Below, piece by piece: positions 1 through 8,446 of a DNA stretch of 24,317 nt (positions within the stretch are counted from its first letter, which is position 1; every line of letters starts with the position of its first letter). Origin of the DNA: Armatimonadota bacterium (GTDB taxonomy: Bacteria > Armatimonadota > Zipacnadia > Zipacnadales > UBA5352); NCBI GenBank assembly GCA_034722055.1, contig JAYENL010000247.1, positions 1 to 24,317 on the forward strand. The letters are read 5' to 3'. The notes beneath the pieces were generated by a model, which was not told the DNA's origin, did no database searches, and saw only the letters and a program-made list of their open reading frames with translations. The translations under genes and the position numbers were made by a program.

Positions 1-103
1 CTAACGGCTCCTCTCGCCATCGCGCCGTCGGACTGTCGGTTGGTAAGGGGGGCGTACGCACCCGAATGAGTGCCGGGGCACGGGCGACCCGAAATCAGAA
101 TCA

Positions 104-125
104 GCGCGGGCGCCCTCGCCCGCGC
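104..125 (-). terminator. GC-rich hairpin downstream of the SGNH gene, possible weak intrinsic terminator
   Basis: Perfect 9-bp stem GCGCGGGCG(104-112)/CGCCCGCGC(117-125) with a 4-nt loop. On the minus strand it is followed by TGATTCTGATTTC, which is U-rich but not a clean poly-U. It lies about 50 nt after the stop at 174. Confidence 0.35.
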
Positions 126-173
126 GGTGTGCCGACACTACGGACCTGTGCCGCCCGTGCCATCGCGCTGCGA

Positions 174-1604
174 CTACTGCAGTGGCGGCCTGTAGACGCG
201 GAAGGCCGCCACCGGCACCCGCCCATCGCCCGCAGGCGTCAGCGTCACCGTGTGCCGGGCATTGCTCAGCCCCTGCGCCAATGTGGTGGCGTACTCCCGA
301 GCCGGATCGTCGGTCACAGGCGCCTTGTAGGTGTCCACGAACAGCGGCTTGACCTGCCAGGTCGCCTGATAGTCCTCAGGCAGGGTCGCCTCGCGGTAGC
401 GCAGCGACCAGTTGACCATCCACATGTTCGGCTCAATGACCACGCGTCCGGAGTCCGAGACGAAGCGCTCCTTGTGGTCGCCCGCGCCATCCGGGCCGGT
501 CTCCGAGCCGCTCACCTCATAGCGGAGAATGTCCTCCTCGGGGTCGCACTCCAGGATGCTGGCGGTCCACGTCTCCACCACCAGAGGGGCCTGGTGGTCG
601 ATGCGGTTGATGGCCGGGCGGCCGGCGACGGGAGTGAAGCTGGGCCGGGCGTGGTAGTACAGCTCCGGGAACTGCGAGGGCGGCCGGCCGTCGATGAGCA
701 CTCGCGCCGAGCCGAGCCGCTCCTCATCGGTGTGGGCGGCGATGACGTCGATGCGGTTGCCCTCGAAGGTCAGCGACAGTGACCCGTCCTCGGCTCGCGT
801 CACGCGCTCGTCATCCACCGGCACGTCCTCCACCAGGTCCTCCCATGGCTCAGTGGGAAAGGAGGGATCATAGTGCAGATAGGGCTTGATGAGCTCCGCG
901 ATCAGGAAGTTGCCCAGCTCGTTAGGATGCACGGTGTCGCGGATGGTGTCCTTGACGACGAGGTCGTGCTCGGCTAGGTACTGCTGCATCCCCGTGCGCA
1001 CATCCGCCACCTCGCAGCCGTACTCCTCCCCCAGGCGGAAGTACAGGTCAGAGATGGCCTGGTCGGCGGCGTCCACCCGCTGCACCTGCGGGTCGTTGGG
1101 GTCCCCATCAGGCGGAACGTCGCGCGGCCAGCGCAGGTTGCTGGTCCACAGGAGGACCTCGGCGGTCGTCCGCTGGCGCGTCCGGCGGATGATCTCCTCC
1201 TGCTCGCCGCTCTCCACGCCTCCCCAGACGTGGAAGATCAACAGGTCCGGATAGGAGGGGTAGAGGTCGTACTCGGCGGTCTTGATCAGCGTGGGCGCAC
1301 TGTAGCCGCCGATGGCTCGGTTCTCGATCTCCAGGTCGGCGTGCGGAAAGCGCTCTCGCAGGTAATCGGCCACGTCCTCCCACCACGGATTGCGCGTGAC
1401 CGACTGGCCGTAGAAGAGCACTCGGACGCGATTGCGCCTCTGGGGCGTGCTGGTGGCCAGCAGCGTCATGGTGCGCTGGATGTTCCTGCCCATCTCCTCG
1501 ACGCTCTCCGGCGGCACCGGCGGCTCGAACCGATCATCGGCGCCGGCCGCCCCCATCGCCAGCGATGCCACCGTCATCCACGGCCACGCCCATCTCGCCA
1601 TCAT
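174..1604 (-). CDS. Secreted SGNH/GDSL-family hydrolase (putative carbohydrate esterase) with a C-terminal beta-rich domain, ~476 aa
   Basis: SGNH blocks: VLFYGQSVT (block I, GQS variant), NRAIGG (II), FHVWGG (III, no Asn) and DTVHPNELG (V, DxxH). Signal peptide MMARWAWPWMTVASLAMGAAGA|DD. Start moved from the track's 1673 to ATG 1604, with 1601 as an alternative. Confidence 0.8.
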   Translation of the reverse strand: MMARWAWPWMTVASLAMGAAGADDRFEPPVPPESVEEMGRNIQRTMTLLATSTPQRRNRVRVLFYGQSVTRNPWWEDVADYLRERFPHADLEIENRAIGGYSAPTLIKTAEYDLYPSYPDLLIFHVWGGVESGEQEEIIRRTRQRTTAEVLLWTSNLRWPRDVPPDGDPNDPQVQRVDAADQAISDLYFRLGEEYGCEVADVRTGMQQYLAEHDLVVKDTIRDTVHPNELGNFLIAELIKPYLHYDPSFPTEPWEDLVEDVPVDDERVTRAEDGSLSLTFEGNRIDVIAAHTDEERLGSARVLIDGRPPSQFPELYYHARPSFTPVAGRPAINRIDHQAPLVVETWTASILECDPEEDILRYEVSGSETGPDGAGDHKERFVSDSGRVVIEPNMWMVNWSLRYREATLPEDYQATWQVKPLFVDTYKAPVTDDPAREYATTLAQGLSNARHTVTLTPAGDGRVPVAAFRVYRPPLQ

Positions 1605-1709
1605 CAGGTGCACCATCCTCGCATGACTCTCGGCCTGTCCGCTCATCCCCGCGAGCCGACAGGATACCTTCACGACGCTGCCCGCATCTCCTCCAGCCTC
1701 TCGATGCCC

Positions 1710-4691
1710 TCACCGGACGGTGATGCAGTCCGTGAGCCCAAGCGGGAGGGTGACCTGCCAGCCTCCCTCCGCCGAGCGAGGCGTCAGCGGCCCCTGCTCC
1801 ACGGAGCGCACGCGCCGGTCACCAAGCGTGCCGGTAACGGTGACCGTCAGCTCCGGGATCGGCTCCCCCGTCCAGTTCACGAGCAGGATAGCTGTGCCCG
1901 CGTCGGAGTCCACGGTGCTCCACTCCACGATGGGCTCCGAGAGGGTGATGTCCGGCTCCACGCCCGCCTCTCGCACCGGCCACAGGATCACGTCGCGCGC
2001 GGCGTCATCGAAGTCGGTGGGCAGGAAGTGACACATGGCGTCCACGGTGGTACCGCGGTCCCACGGGCGCACCGGAATGGCGGGCGTCACGTAGGCCACG
2101 CCCGGGAAGCCGCCCACCAGGACCGCCGCTCCCTCCTTCAGCTCGCGCAGCGTCCCGGCGCAGGACCCGTCGTGGAACCGCCCCACCTGCCGCGCTCCCT
2201 CGCCAGCGGTGAGTCGCTGGACCGTGCCGATGGCCGGCAGCGCCACCGGCCGCAGACCAGGCAGCTCCAGCCGCAGGCCATCGACGGGCCGAAGCCGCGG
2301 CAGCGTGTGCTTGATGTCGGGCAGCGCGTCATGCTCCTGGAGCTGAGCAGCGTCCACGCCGAAGAGCTTCAGCATTGTCGCGTTCGTTTCCCCATACTCA
2401 TCGAGGACGCCCCCGCCGGCGACGGAGAAGACGATGCCGCCCCCTGAGACCCACTCCCGCAGGGCATTCGCGGCGCCCGACAGCAGATGGCTGGCGCTGA
2501 TATACAGCACGCGGTAGTCGGCCAGACGGCCCTCCACGATGTCCTCCTCGGTCACGAAGTCCACCGGGATGCCTGCGTGCCGGAGGGCGTAGTAGAGGCA
2601 CTTGCGCTCGCAGTTGTAGTTCAGCGACGGGTCCCAGAGGTCCGTGGTGCCGGAGATCAGCAGCGCCACGGAGGCCGGCCTCACTGAGCCGCCGCGGAGG
2701 ATGTCGTCGAACTGCCCCAACTCGTGCGCGACGTCGTGGATCTCCCGGTACATCGGGAGGTAGTCCGCCGACACGTAGTTCTCGGTGTAGGCCGTGACGA
2801 TGGGCGTGACGCAGAAGTGGTGGATGAGCTTGGCGCCGTGCGCCAGCGCCTCATAGTAGCTGAGGCGGAAGCTCCTGGGTGTGTTACCTGGCGAGTGCGG
2901 CATGACGTAGTAGCAGATGGGAAGGTCGTGATACTTGGCGCCGCAGCGGAAGACGTCCAGCAGATAGCCGGTCACCTGGGGGCTCAGCTCCGGGATGCCC
3001 CACACATAATCCTCGCTCCAGGGCATGGTCAGGGCGCCGAGTCTGAAGGGCATCATCCACTGATGGTGCTTCGGCCAGTAGTAGGGGTGTGGCGAGTAGT
3101 TCGCTCCGGTCCGCATCTCGCCATCGCTTTCGCGAGTGATCCGCTCAGTCTCCGCCCTCAGGTCCAGCAGACTCCCGTTCCGGTAGCCGAAGATCATGGA
3201 GTGATACCAGATGCGCGGGGCGGTCTGCTTCGCCTCGTAGTCCAACTTCACGAGCGGCCACAGGTCCTCCACGCCCTCCGCCCGCGCCTGCTGCAGCGCC
3301 TCGGGCGGCAGCAGCTCCTGGGGCGAGATGCCCTGCTCCCGCAGGTGCTCCCGGAAGGCCTGGTTATTCTCATCAGTGGGCTCCGCCCGCCTCAGGTGGA
3401 TCTCGTCGCCGAGGCTCTCCACTTGGTAGCCCCGCTGCAGGGCGTCGCCGATCAGCTCCTGCTGCAGCTCCGTGACCAACTCCTGCACGCGCCGGGACAG
3501 ATTCCCGCCCGTGAAGTGGCTGGCGAAGACGCCCCGGATGCCGATGTGCTGCGGCGTCTCTCCCTCGTCTGGGAGCGACCGGACGTAGCGCAGGATCGCC
3601 TCCAGGTCCTCCTCGGCGGTGCGGATGCGGCCGCTGCGGACGTCGCCCGGCACGGCGAAGCGCAGGCGCGTCACGGACGGTGCCGTGTAGCGCACACGGC
3701 GCACGGTCTCGAGGTCACCGGCAGCGTCCGGCACTGCGAACTCGAAGATGGCATCGGCGCCGGTCACGTCCTCCGAGTCGTACACGACCTGGACGTTCAG
3801 CGTGGACTCATTGAGGCGATCGAGGCGGTGGCCGATCTCCACCCACCGGCTGCGCCCTCCCGGCTGCATGAAGTCCTCCTCGGTGCGCTCGCCCTCCACC
3901 TCGCCCCGGGCGCCCACCGCCATGGACCTCCGCCAGTCTCGGCGGTGCACCCAGTAGGGGCTGTGCTCGGTGGTGGTCAGCTCAACCAGCATCGGCGCGG
4001 CGCCGTCGGCGGGGTTGCTCACGCGCATGAAGACATCGCCGCGCTGTGTCAGCAGCCCGTCCAGCGGCAGGTATCGCCACTGCTCCAGCCGCTGCGCCAC
4101 CTCCTCATCCAGCGGCGTGAGCAGCAGCATGTCCACCTGGCGCTTCGCCGACGGGCGGGGCTGCTCCCCCGCAATCAGCGAGACCGTGGCCGGACCCCGA
4201 TCCAGCCGGAACTGCGTGATCCCGCCCTCGTAGACCATGTTATCGCCGCCGCCCCAGGAGTACGACGCCATGGGCTGCACCCCGCCGCCGAAGGGCCAGA
4301 TCTTGGGGCTCTGGAGCCGCCCGAAGCGCCGCCTGAACACAAGTTCGCCGGCCTGATGCATCTCCACCGTGAACGCCACGTGGTGCTCGTAGGGGCAGGC
4401 GTAGCGCGCGAAGAGCGCGTAGCGGCCCGTGGCCGGCACCTCTATCTGACCGGTCGCCACGGACCCCGCGCACTGCGCCGGAGCCTCCAGGAAGGCCTGG
4501 CGGGAGAAGAAGTCGTTGGCGAAGGTGGCGCAGAAGTAGGCCTCGCGCCAGGGCCTGACCTGCCACGCGCCGCCGGGGTCGAGGTCCTCGGCCTCAAGCA
4601 GGATGCGCCCCTGGGCCTCGGCGCCGGTCGCGACGGAAAGCACGATCACCGCCGCGAGGAACGCCGGGCACGCGATCATTGCCGGTCTCAT
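1710..4691 (-). CDS. Secreted GH42-like (clan GH-A) putative glycoside hydrolase with an N-terminal CBM-like jelly roll and a beta-galactosidase trimerisation domain, ~993 aa
   Basis: SD AAGGAG (4703-4708) before ATG 4691. Signal peptide ending AEA|QG. ILLEAEDL...QVDMLLLT is a CBM6/35-like module. Candidate acid/base is in SLGDEI and candidate nucleophile in MPWSEDY. YYALRHAGIPVDFVTEEDI...LADYRVLYI...LREWVSGGG is typical of the GH42 middle (trimerisation) domain. Confidence 0.75.
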   Translation of the reverse strand: MRPAMIACPAFLAAVIVLSVATGAEAQGRILLEAEDLDPGGAWQVRPWREAYFCATFANDFFSRQAFLEAPAQCAGSVATGQIEVPATGRYALFARYACPYEHHVAFTVEMHQAGELVFRRRFGRLQSPKIWPFGGGVQPMASYSWGGGDNMVYEGGITQFRLDRGPATVSLIAGEQPRPSAKRQVDMLLLTPLDEEVAQRLEQWRYLPLDGLLTQRGDVFMRVSNPADGAAPMLVELTTTEHSPYWVHRRDWRRSMAVGARGEVEGERTEEDFMQPGGRSRWVEIGHRLDRLNESTLNVQVVYDSEDVTGADAIFEFAVPDAAGDLETVRRVRYTAPSVTRLRFAVPGDVRSGRIRTAEEDLEAILRYVRSLPDEGETPQHIGIRGVFASHFTGGNLSRRVQELVTELQQELIGDALQRGYQVESLGDEIHLRRAEPTDENNQAFREHLREQGISPQELLPPEALQQARAEGVEDLWPLVKLDYEAKQTAPRIWYHSMIFGYRNGSLLDLRAETERITRESDGEMRTGANYSPHPYYWPKHHQWMMPFRLGALTMPWSEDYVWGIPELSPQVTGYLLDVFRCGAKYHDLPICYYVMPHSPGNTPRSFRLSYYEALAHGAKLIHHFCVTPIVTAYTENYVSADYLPMYREIHDVAHELGQFDDILRGGSVRPASVALLISGTTDLWDPSLNYNCERKCLYYALRHAGIPVDFVTEEDIVEGRLADYRVLYISASHLLSGAANALREWVSGGGIVFSVAGGGVLDEYGETNATMLKLFGVDAAQLQEHDALPDIKHTLPRLRPVDGLRLELPGLRPVALPAIGTVQRLTAGEGARQVGRFHDGSCAGTLRELKEGAAVLVGGFPGVAYVTPAIPVRPWDRGTTVDAMCHFLPTDFDDAARDVILWPVREAGVEPDITLSEPIVEWSTVDSDAGTAILLVNWTGEPIPELTVTVTGTLGDRRVRSVEQGPLTPRSAEGGWQVTLPLGLTDCITVR

Positions 4692-4881
4692 GACACTGGA
4701 CACTCCTTGCTGGAAGGATGATAGGCACCGAGCGGGCTTCATGCCGTACGGAGGTCGGGCGTTCCCACGCCCGACGTGGGCCCAAGGCCCACTGCCGTTC
4801 TCATGCCATTGAGGCACCCGCTCTCACGAGAGCCGTGTCGGGGCGCGGAGCCGACCGGTAACCGGAGACCCGGCCGCGCTG

Positions 4882-7800
4882 TCACTCCAACACATAAAGC
4901 AGCAGCGGCTGCAGAGACGGGATCTCACCCGGCAGCGCCAGCGGCTCTCCCAAGTTGAGCACGCGGCCGCCGGGGACCTCGCGGCCCTCGATCTCCAGCG
5001 ACGCCAGCGGCTCCTCGTGGCGGTAGTTGCTGATGTTGACGAGCCAGCCGCCCTCCCATGGGACCGCGATGTGCTCCACGCCGTAGACGGGCACTCCGTC
5101 CGGCCCCACCAGCCGAGAGGGCGCCTCCACCCCGGCCTCGCGGAGCGCCTCGTCCAGCGCCACCATCAGCTCTTCGTGCCGCGCCTCCGCGATGGTCGCC
5201 GCCACCGGCGCGCTCAGCTCCCGCGGGCGATCGTACTCGTCACGAATGGGCTTCGCGCCGAGCACGATGATCCTGCCGCCGCCCTCCGCGAAGCGCTCCA
5301 GCCCCCGCATGGCGCCCGCGCTCAGATGCCGCAGCCCGGGCAGCACGATGACCTCGACGGCGCTGAGGTAGCCGCCGAGACGCTCGCCCTCGGCAAGGGC
5401 CTCAAGCTGTCGCTCATAGATGAAGCCGGTCTTGTGCCCCGAGAAGGTGGTGGCCCGCCAGGCCTCGCGCAGGCCGCGCTCGTAGTCCTCATCCCAGAGC
5501 AGGCCGGCCAGCGAGTAGGCCAGCGCTACGCGGGGCCTCAGCCGCTGCAGCGCGGTCACCTGCGGCGCCAGGCGGTTGAGGTCCAGTGTGCACTGTGCGG
5601 CGGCCTCCACGCACGCCGGCCGGTGCAGGATCGAGCCGGTGGTGCTGGCGTCGGTGCTGTAGGTGCGCTCCCACACCCAGGTGGTGGACGCGCTGCGCCC
5701 GTGCACCGCGCCCTGCCAGTAGACATTGTAGATGTGCTCGGGGTCTACCCACGTCACGTCGCGGTCGATGATGATGTGGTCCTCGCTGTTGAAGACCGGG
5801 GCGTCACGGGCCGAGCGCTGCAGCTCGAATCCCATGATCTCGCACTCCCACGAGGTCGCCCACTCTCCCCCGTCGCGATACCAGCGCGTGGCGTCATTTC
5901 CATTGATCTCGCAGAACTCGGCGAACAGCTCCGGCGCGATGCTCCACGGGCCGTGGCCGCTGGGGCGGGTCACCGCGCAGATCATCATCTTGGCGTGCAC
6001 CGGAATCTCCGGCGCCATGGCGTGGATGGTGTCTGCCAGGAAGCGATGGAAGCCGGCGAACTGCTGCTGGTTGAAGCGCATGAAGTCGCAGGCCAGCGGG
6101 TCGGGCCGCAGCTCCGGCGCCGGCACCGGCACCTCCTCGAAGGCCTCGAACTCGCTGCCCCAGGTCTCGTTCAGCCCCTGGACCGTCTCGTAGCGCTCCT
6201 GCAGCCACTGATGCCAGCTCTGGCGGGTGTAGCGGCACCGGGTCAGGTTGGTGCTGACCGGCTCGTTGGTCAGGCAGATGCTGTGCAGCGCGGGATGCCC
6301 GGCGATCTTGGGGATCATGTACTGCAGATACCTGCGGAGCACCTGGCGCGCCTCCGGGGCGTGCACGCAGTAGCGCAAGAAGCCGCCGGAGCAGTCCTTC
6401 AGGTGTGGCCACTTCTCCAGCGCCCACCCGGGGAAGTAGTGGGGGCTGATGAGCAGGTTCACCTGCGTCCCGGCCTCGGCGGCCCGGTCGCAGACCTCCA
6501 GGAAGCTCTCGATGGCCCCGTCCTCGTAGCTCTCCTCGTCGGGAAGCACGTGCCGGGGCCCGAACTCGATCTGGATGATGTTCAGGCCGTAGTCGGGCAT
6601 GATGTCCGCATCGCGCCGCACCTGCCCGAAGTGCCCCATGCCCACGAAGAAAACGGGCCGGCGCTCGGTACGGCCGTCCGGCCAGCGGACCTCGCCGACG
6701 AAGCTCGGTCCATCGATCTCGAGGGGGCTGGTCACGAACTTCGGCGCCTGCGGCCAGCCTTCGCGCGCCAGCGCATCCTGCACCAGCCTCTCGACGGTCT
6801 CCGCCTGCGCCCATGCCCGGTTCAGCTCCCCGTGGTCCACGTCCTGGCGGATCCAGTCCAGGAAGTGCTCGGCCACGGTCAGCGTCACGCGCGGATAGCG
6901 GCCTCGCTCGCCGAGCGCCTCCACCCTCGCCCGCAGCTCCGCCACGAGCGGCTCGATCTCCCCGACCCGCGCCAGGACTCGCTGCGGGCTGGTAAGCGTC
7001 AGCTCATGGGCGATGGTGTCGCCATCCGTCACGGACACCTCCAGCCGCACCCGATCGCTGGTGAGGTCGGACAGCTCCCGGCGGTAGGTGAAGCTCGCGC
7101 AGGGGCCATCTGGCAGGGCCTGCTCGCGGGCATCAAGCGCCTCCTCGCCCTGGCTCAGCGTCACGCGCAACGTCCTACCGGCGGCGCGGGTGGCGTGGCC
7201 GGTGACCCACAGCTCGCTGCCGAAGACGAACTCCGAGGCCGGGTAGCGGCCGGGCATCCACGGGTGGATCTCCTCGCCCAGCGGCCCGCGGCCACAGACT
7301 TCGAGCTCCAGCTCCGGCGCGCGGGCGTCGCCCTCCAGCACGAAGGGCGTGGCCTCCGGGCCGCGCTCGAGCTTCACGTCATCCACCCACACGCCCTCGG
7401 TCGGGCTCTCCGTGATGGCCATGATGCGGATCTCATTCTCGTGTGGAAGGGTCTCGAAGGTCTCGTGCACGCGCACCCATCGGCCGCCGGTGGTGGTCCG
7501 CGGCCATGCGGCGCGCACCCGCCAGCGCTCCGCGCCGCCGACCCAGCCGATGCCCGGTGATTCGCCCTGCACCCATGCCGAGACCGTGTAGGCCGCGCTC
7601 GGCTCCACCTCCACGGGCTGCGCGTAGAGGAGCTGGCCGTAGACGTGCGCGCCGAAGCGCGTGCCGTTGGTCAGTCGCAGGCTGCTCCGGCCCGAGTGTG
7701 CGCGCGTCTCGTCGCGCGTCATGGTCGCGTCGGTATTGCGGGGGTCCCAGCGCCAGCCCTCGGGCCAGTCATCCCGCCAGCGCTCAAAGGAGCCGTTGTC

Positions 7801-8427
7801 CAGCAGGTTCTCGCCCGCGTCCGCAGGCCCGACCTGGAGCGTGGACTCCCCCGGGTCAAGCGTCTCCGGCATGTCGAACGCCGTCGGCGTATCGCCGAGC
7901 TCGAGCTGCACGCTGTCGATCCACAGGCCCTCCGTGACCGAGTCCACGTTGATGCGCGCGCTGAAGGAGCGCTCGCCCTCCCCGGTGGTGAAGCTGATGG
8001 CGAAGCGCCGCCATCGTGTGTCGGTGGCCTCAATGGGCGTGCGGAACCGCCAACCCTCACCGCCGCCGAACCACGCTCGCCCGGGGTCCTCGCTGAGGGC
8101 GTAAAGCGATAGCGTGTACTGGCTGTTCGGCTGCACGTCCACCGCGCACCAGAGCGTCCCGTAGACGTGCGGCTCCACCTCGTGCGGGTTGGTCAGCTTG
8201 ATGGAGCGCTCGCCGGTATGCGCCACATCCTCGTCCACCGTCAGCGTGGCGCCTGCGCCTGCATCCTGGAACCGCCAGCGGATGGGCAGGCCGTCGGTAC
8301 CGATCTCTTCGAAGCTGGGGTTGGGCAGCAGGTTCCGCCGCTCGTCCGGCCGTGCACCGGCGGTCACTACAGCCGCGAGCGCCGCACAGGTCATCGCCAA
8401 GGGAAGCAAGCGCCGCAGTGCGAGCAT
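4882..8427 (-). CDS. Secreted GH42-like beta-galactosidase-family protein with two tandem CBM4/9-like domains, ~1181 aa
   Basis: SD GGAGGTG (8434-8440) lies 6 nt before ATG 8427, followed by a signal peptide. Two NLLxNxSFE...WIDxVxLExG modules. Catalytic region has HYFPGW, HPALHSICLTNEP (acid/base), WLQERYETVQGLNETWGSEF (GH42 signature region) and PVFNSEDH (candidate nucleophile). A trimerisation-like domain is at the C-terminus. Confidence 0.82.
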   Translation of the reverse strand: MLALRRLLPLAMTCAALAAVVTAGARPDERRNLLPNPSFEEIGTDGLPIRWRFQDAGAGATLTVDEDVAHTGERSIKLTNPHEVEPHVYGTLWCAVDVQPNSQYTLSLYALSEDPGRAWFGGGEGWRFRTPIEATDTRWRRFAISFTTGEGERSFSARINVDSVTEGLWIDSVQLELGDTPTAFDMPETLDPGESTLQVGPADAGENLLDNGSFERWRDDWPEGWRWDPRNTDATMTRDETRAHSGRSSLRLTNGTRFGAHVYGQLLYAQPVEVEPSAAYTVSAWVQGESPGIGWVGGAERWRVRAAWPRTTTGGRWVRVHETFETLPHENEIRIMAITESPTEGVWVDDVKLERGPEATPFVLEGDARAPELELEVCGRGPLGEEIHPWMPGRYPASEFVFGSELWVTGHATRAAGRTLRVTLSQGEEALDAREQALPDGPCASFTYRRELSDLTSDRVRLEVSVTDGDTIAHELTLTSPQRVLARVGEIEPLVAELRARVEALGERGRYPRVTLTVAEHFLDWIRQDVDHGELNRAWAQAETVERLVQDALAREGWPQAPKFVTSPLEIDGPSFVGEVRWPDGRTERRPVFFVGMGHFGQVRRDADIMPDYGLNIIQIEFGPRHVLPDEESYEDGAIESFLEVCDRAAEAGTQVNLLISPHYFPGWALEKWPHLKDCSGGFLRYCVHAPEARQVLRRYLQYMIPKIAGHPALHSICLTNEPVSTNLTRCRYTRQSWHQWLQERYETVQGLNETWGSEFEAFEEVPVPAPELRPDPLACDFMRFNQQQFAGFHRFLADTIHAMAPEIPVHAKMMICAVTRPSGHGPWSIAPELFAEFCEINGNDATRWYRDGGEWATSWECEIMGFELQRSARDAPVFNSEDHIIIDRDVTWVDPEHIYNVYWQGAVHGRSASTTWVWERTYSTDASTTGSILHRPACVEAAAQCTLDLNRLAPQVTALQRLRPRVALAYSLAGLLWDEDYERGLREAWRATTFSGHKTGFIYERQLEALAEGERLGGYLSAVEVIVLPGLRHLSAGAMRGLERFAEGGGRIIVLGAKPIRDEYDRPRELSAPVAATIAEARHEELMVALDEALREAGVEAPSRLVGPDGVPVYGVEHIAVPWEGGWLVNISNYRHEEPLASLEIEGREVPGGRVLNLGEPLALPGEIPSLQPLLLYVLE
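7342..8334 (-). repeat. Intragenic tandem duplication of a ~155-aa CBM4/9-like module (7876-8334 and 7342-7809)
   Basis: The copies align by eye: NLLPNPSFE/NLLDNGSFE, AHTGERSIKLTN/AHSGRSSLRLTN, HVYGTL/HVYGQL, AWFGGGEGWR/GWVGGAERWR and TEGLWIDSVQLELG/TEGVWVDDVKLERG. Confidence 0.85.
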
Positions 8428-8446
8428 GATGAACACCTCCGGCAGG

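Noticed and set aside
1670..1694. Mini-ORF MRAAS* (1687-1670, minus strand) overlapping GTG 1673
   Set aside because: Only five codons, with the SD directly abutting the ATG. It is indistinguishable from chance.
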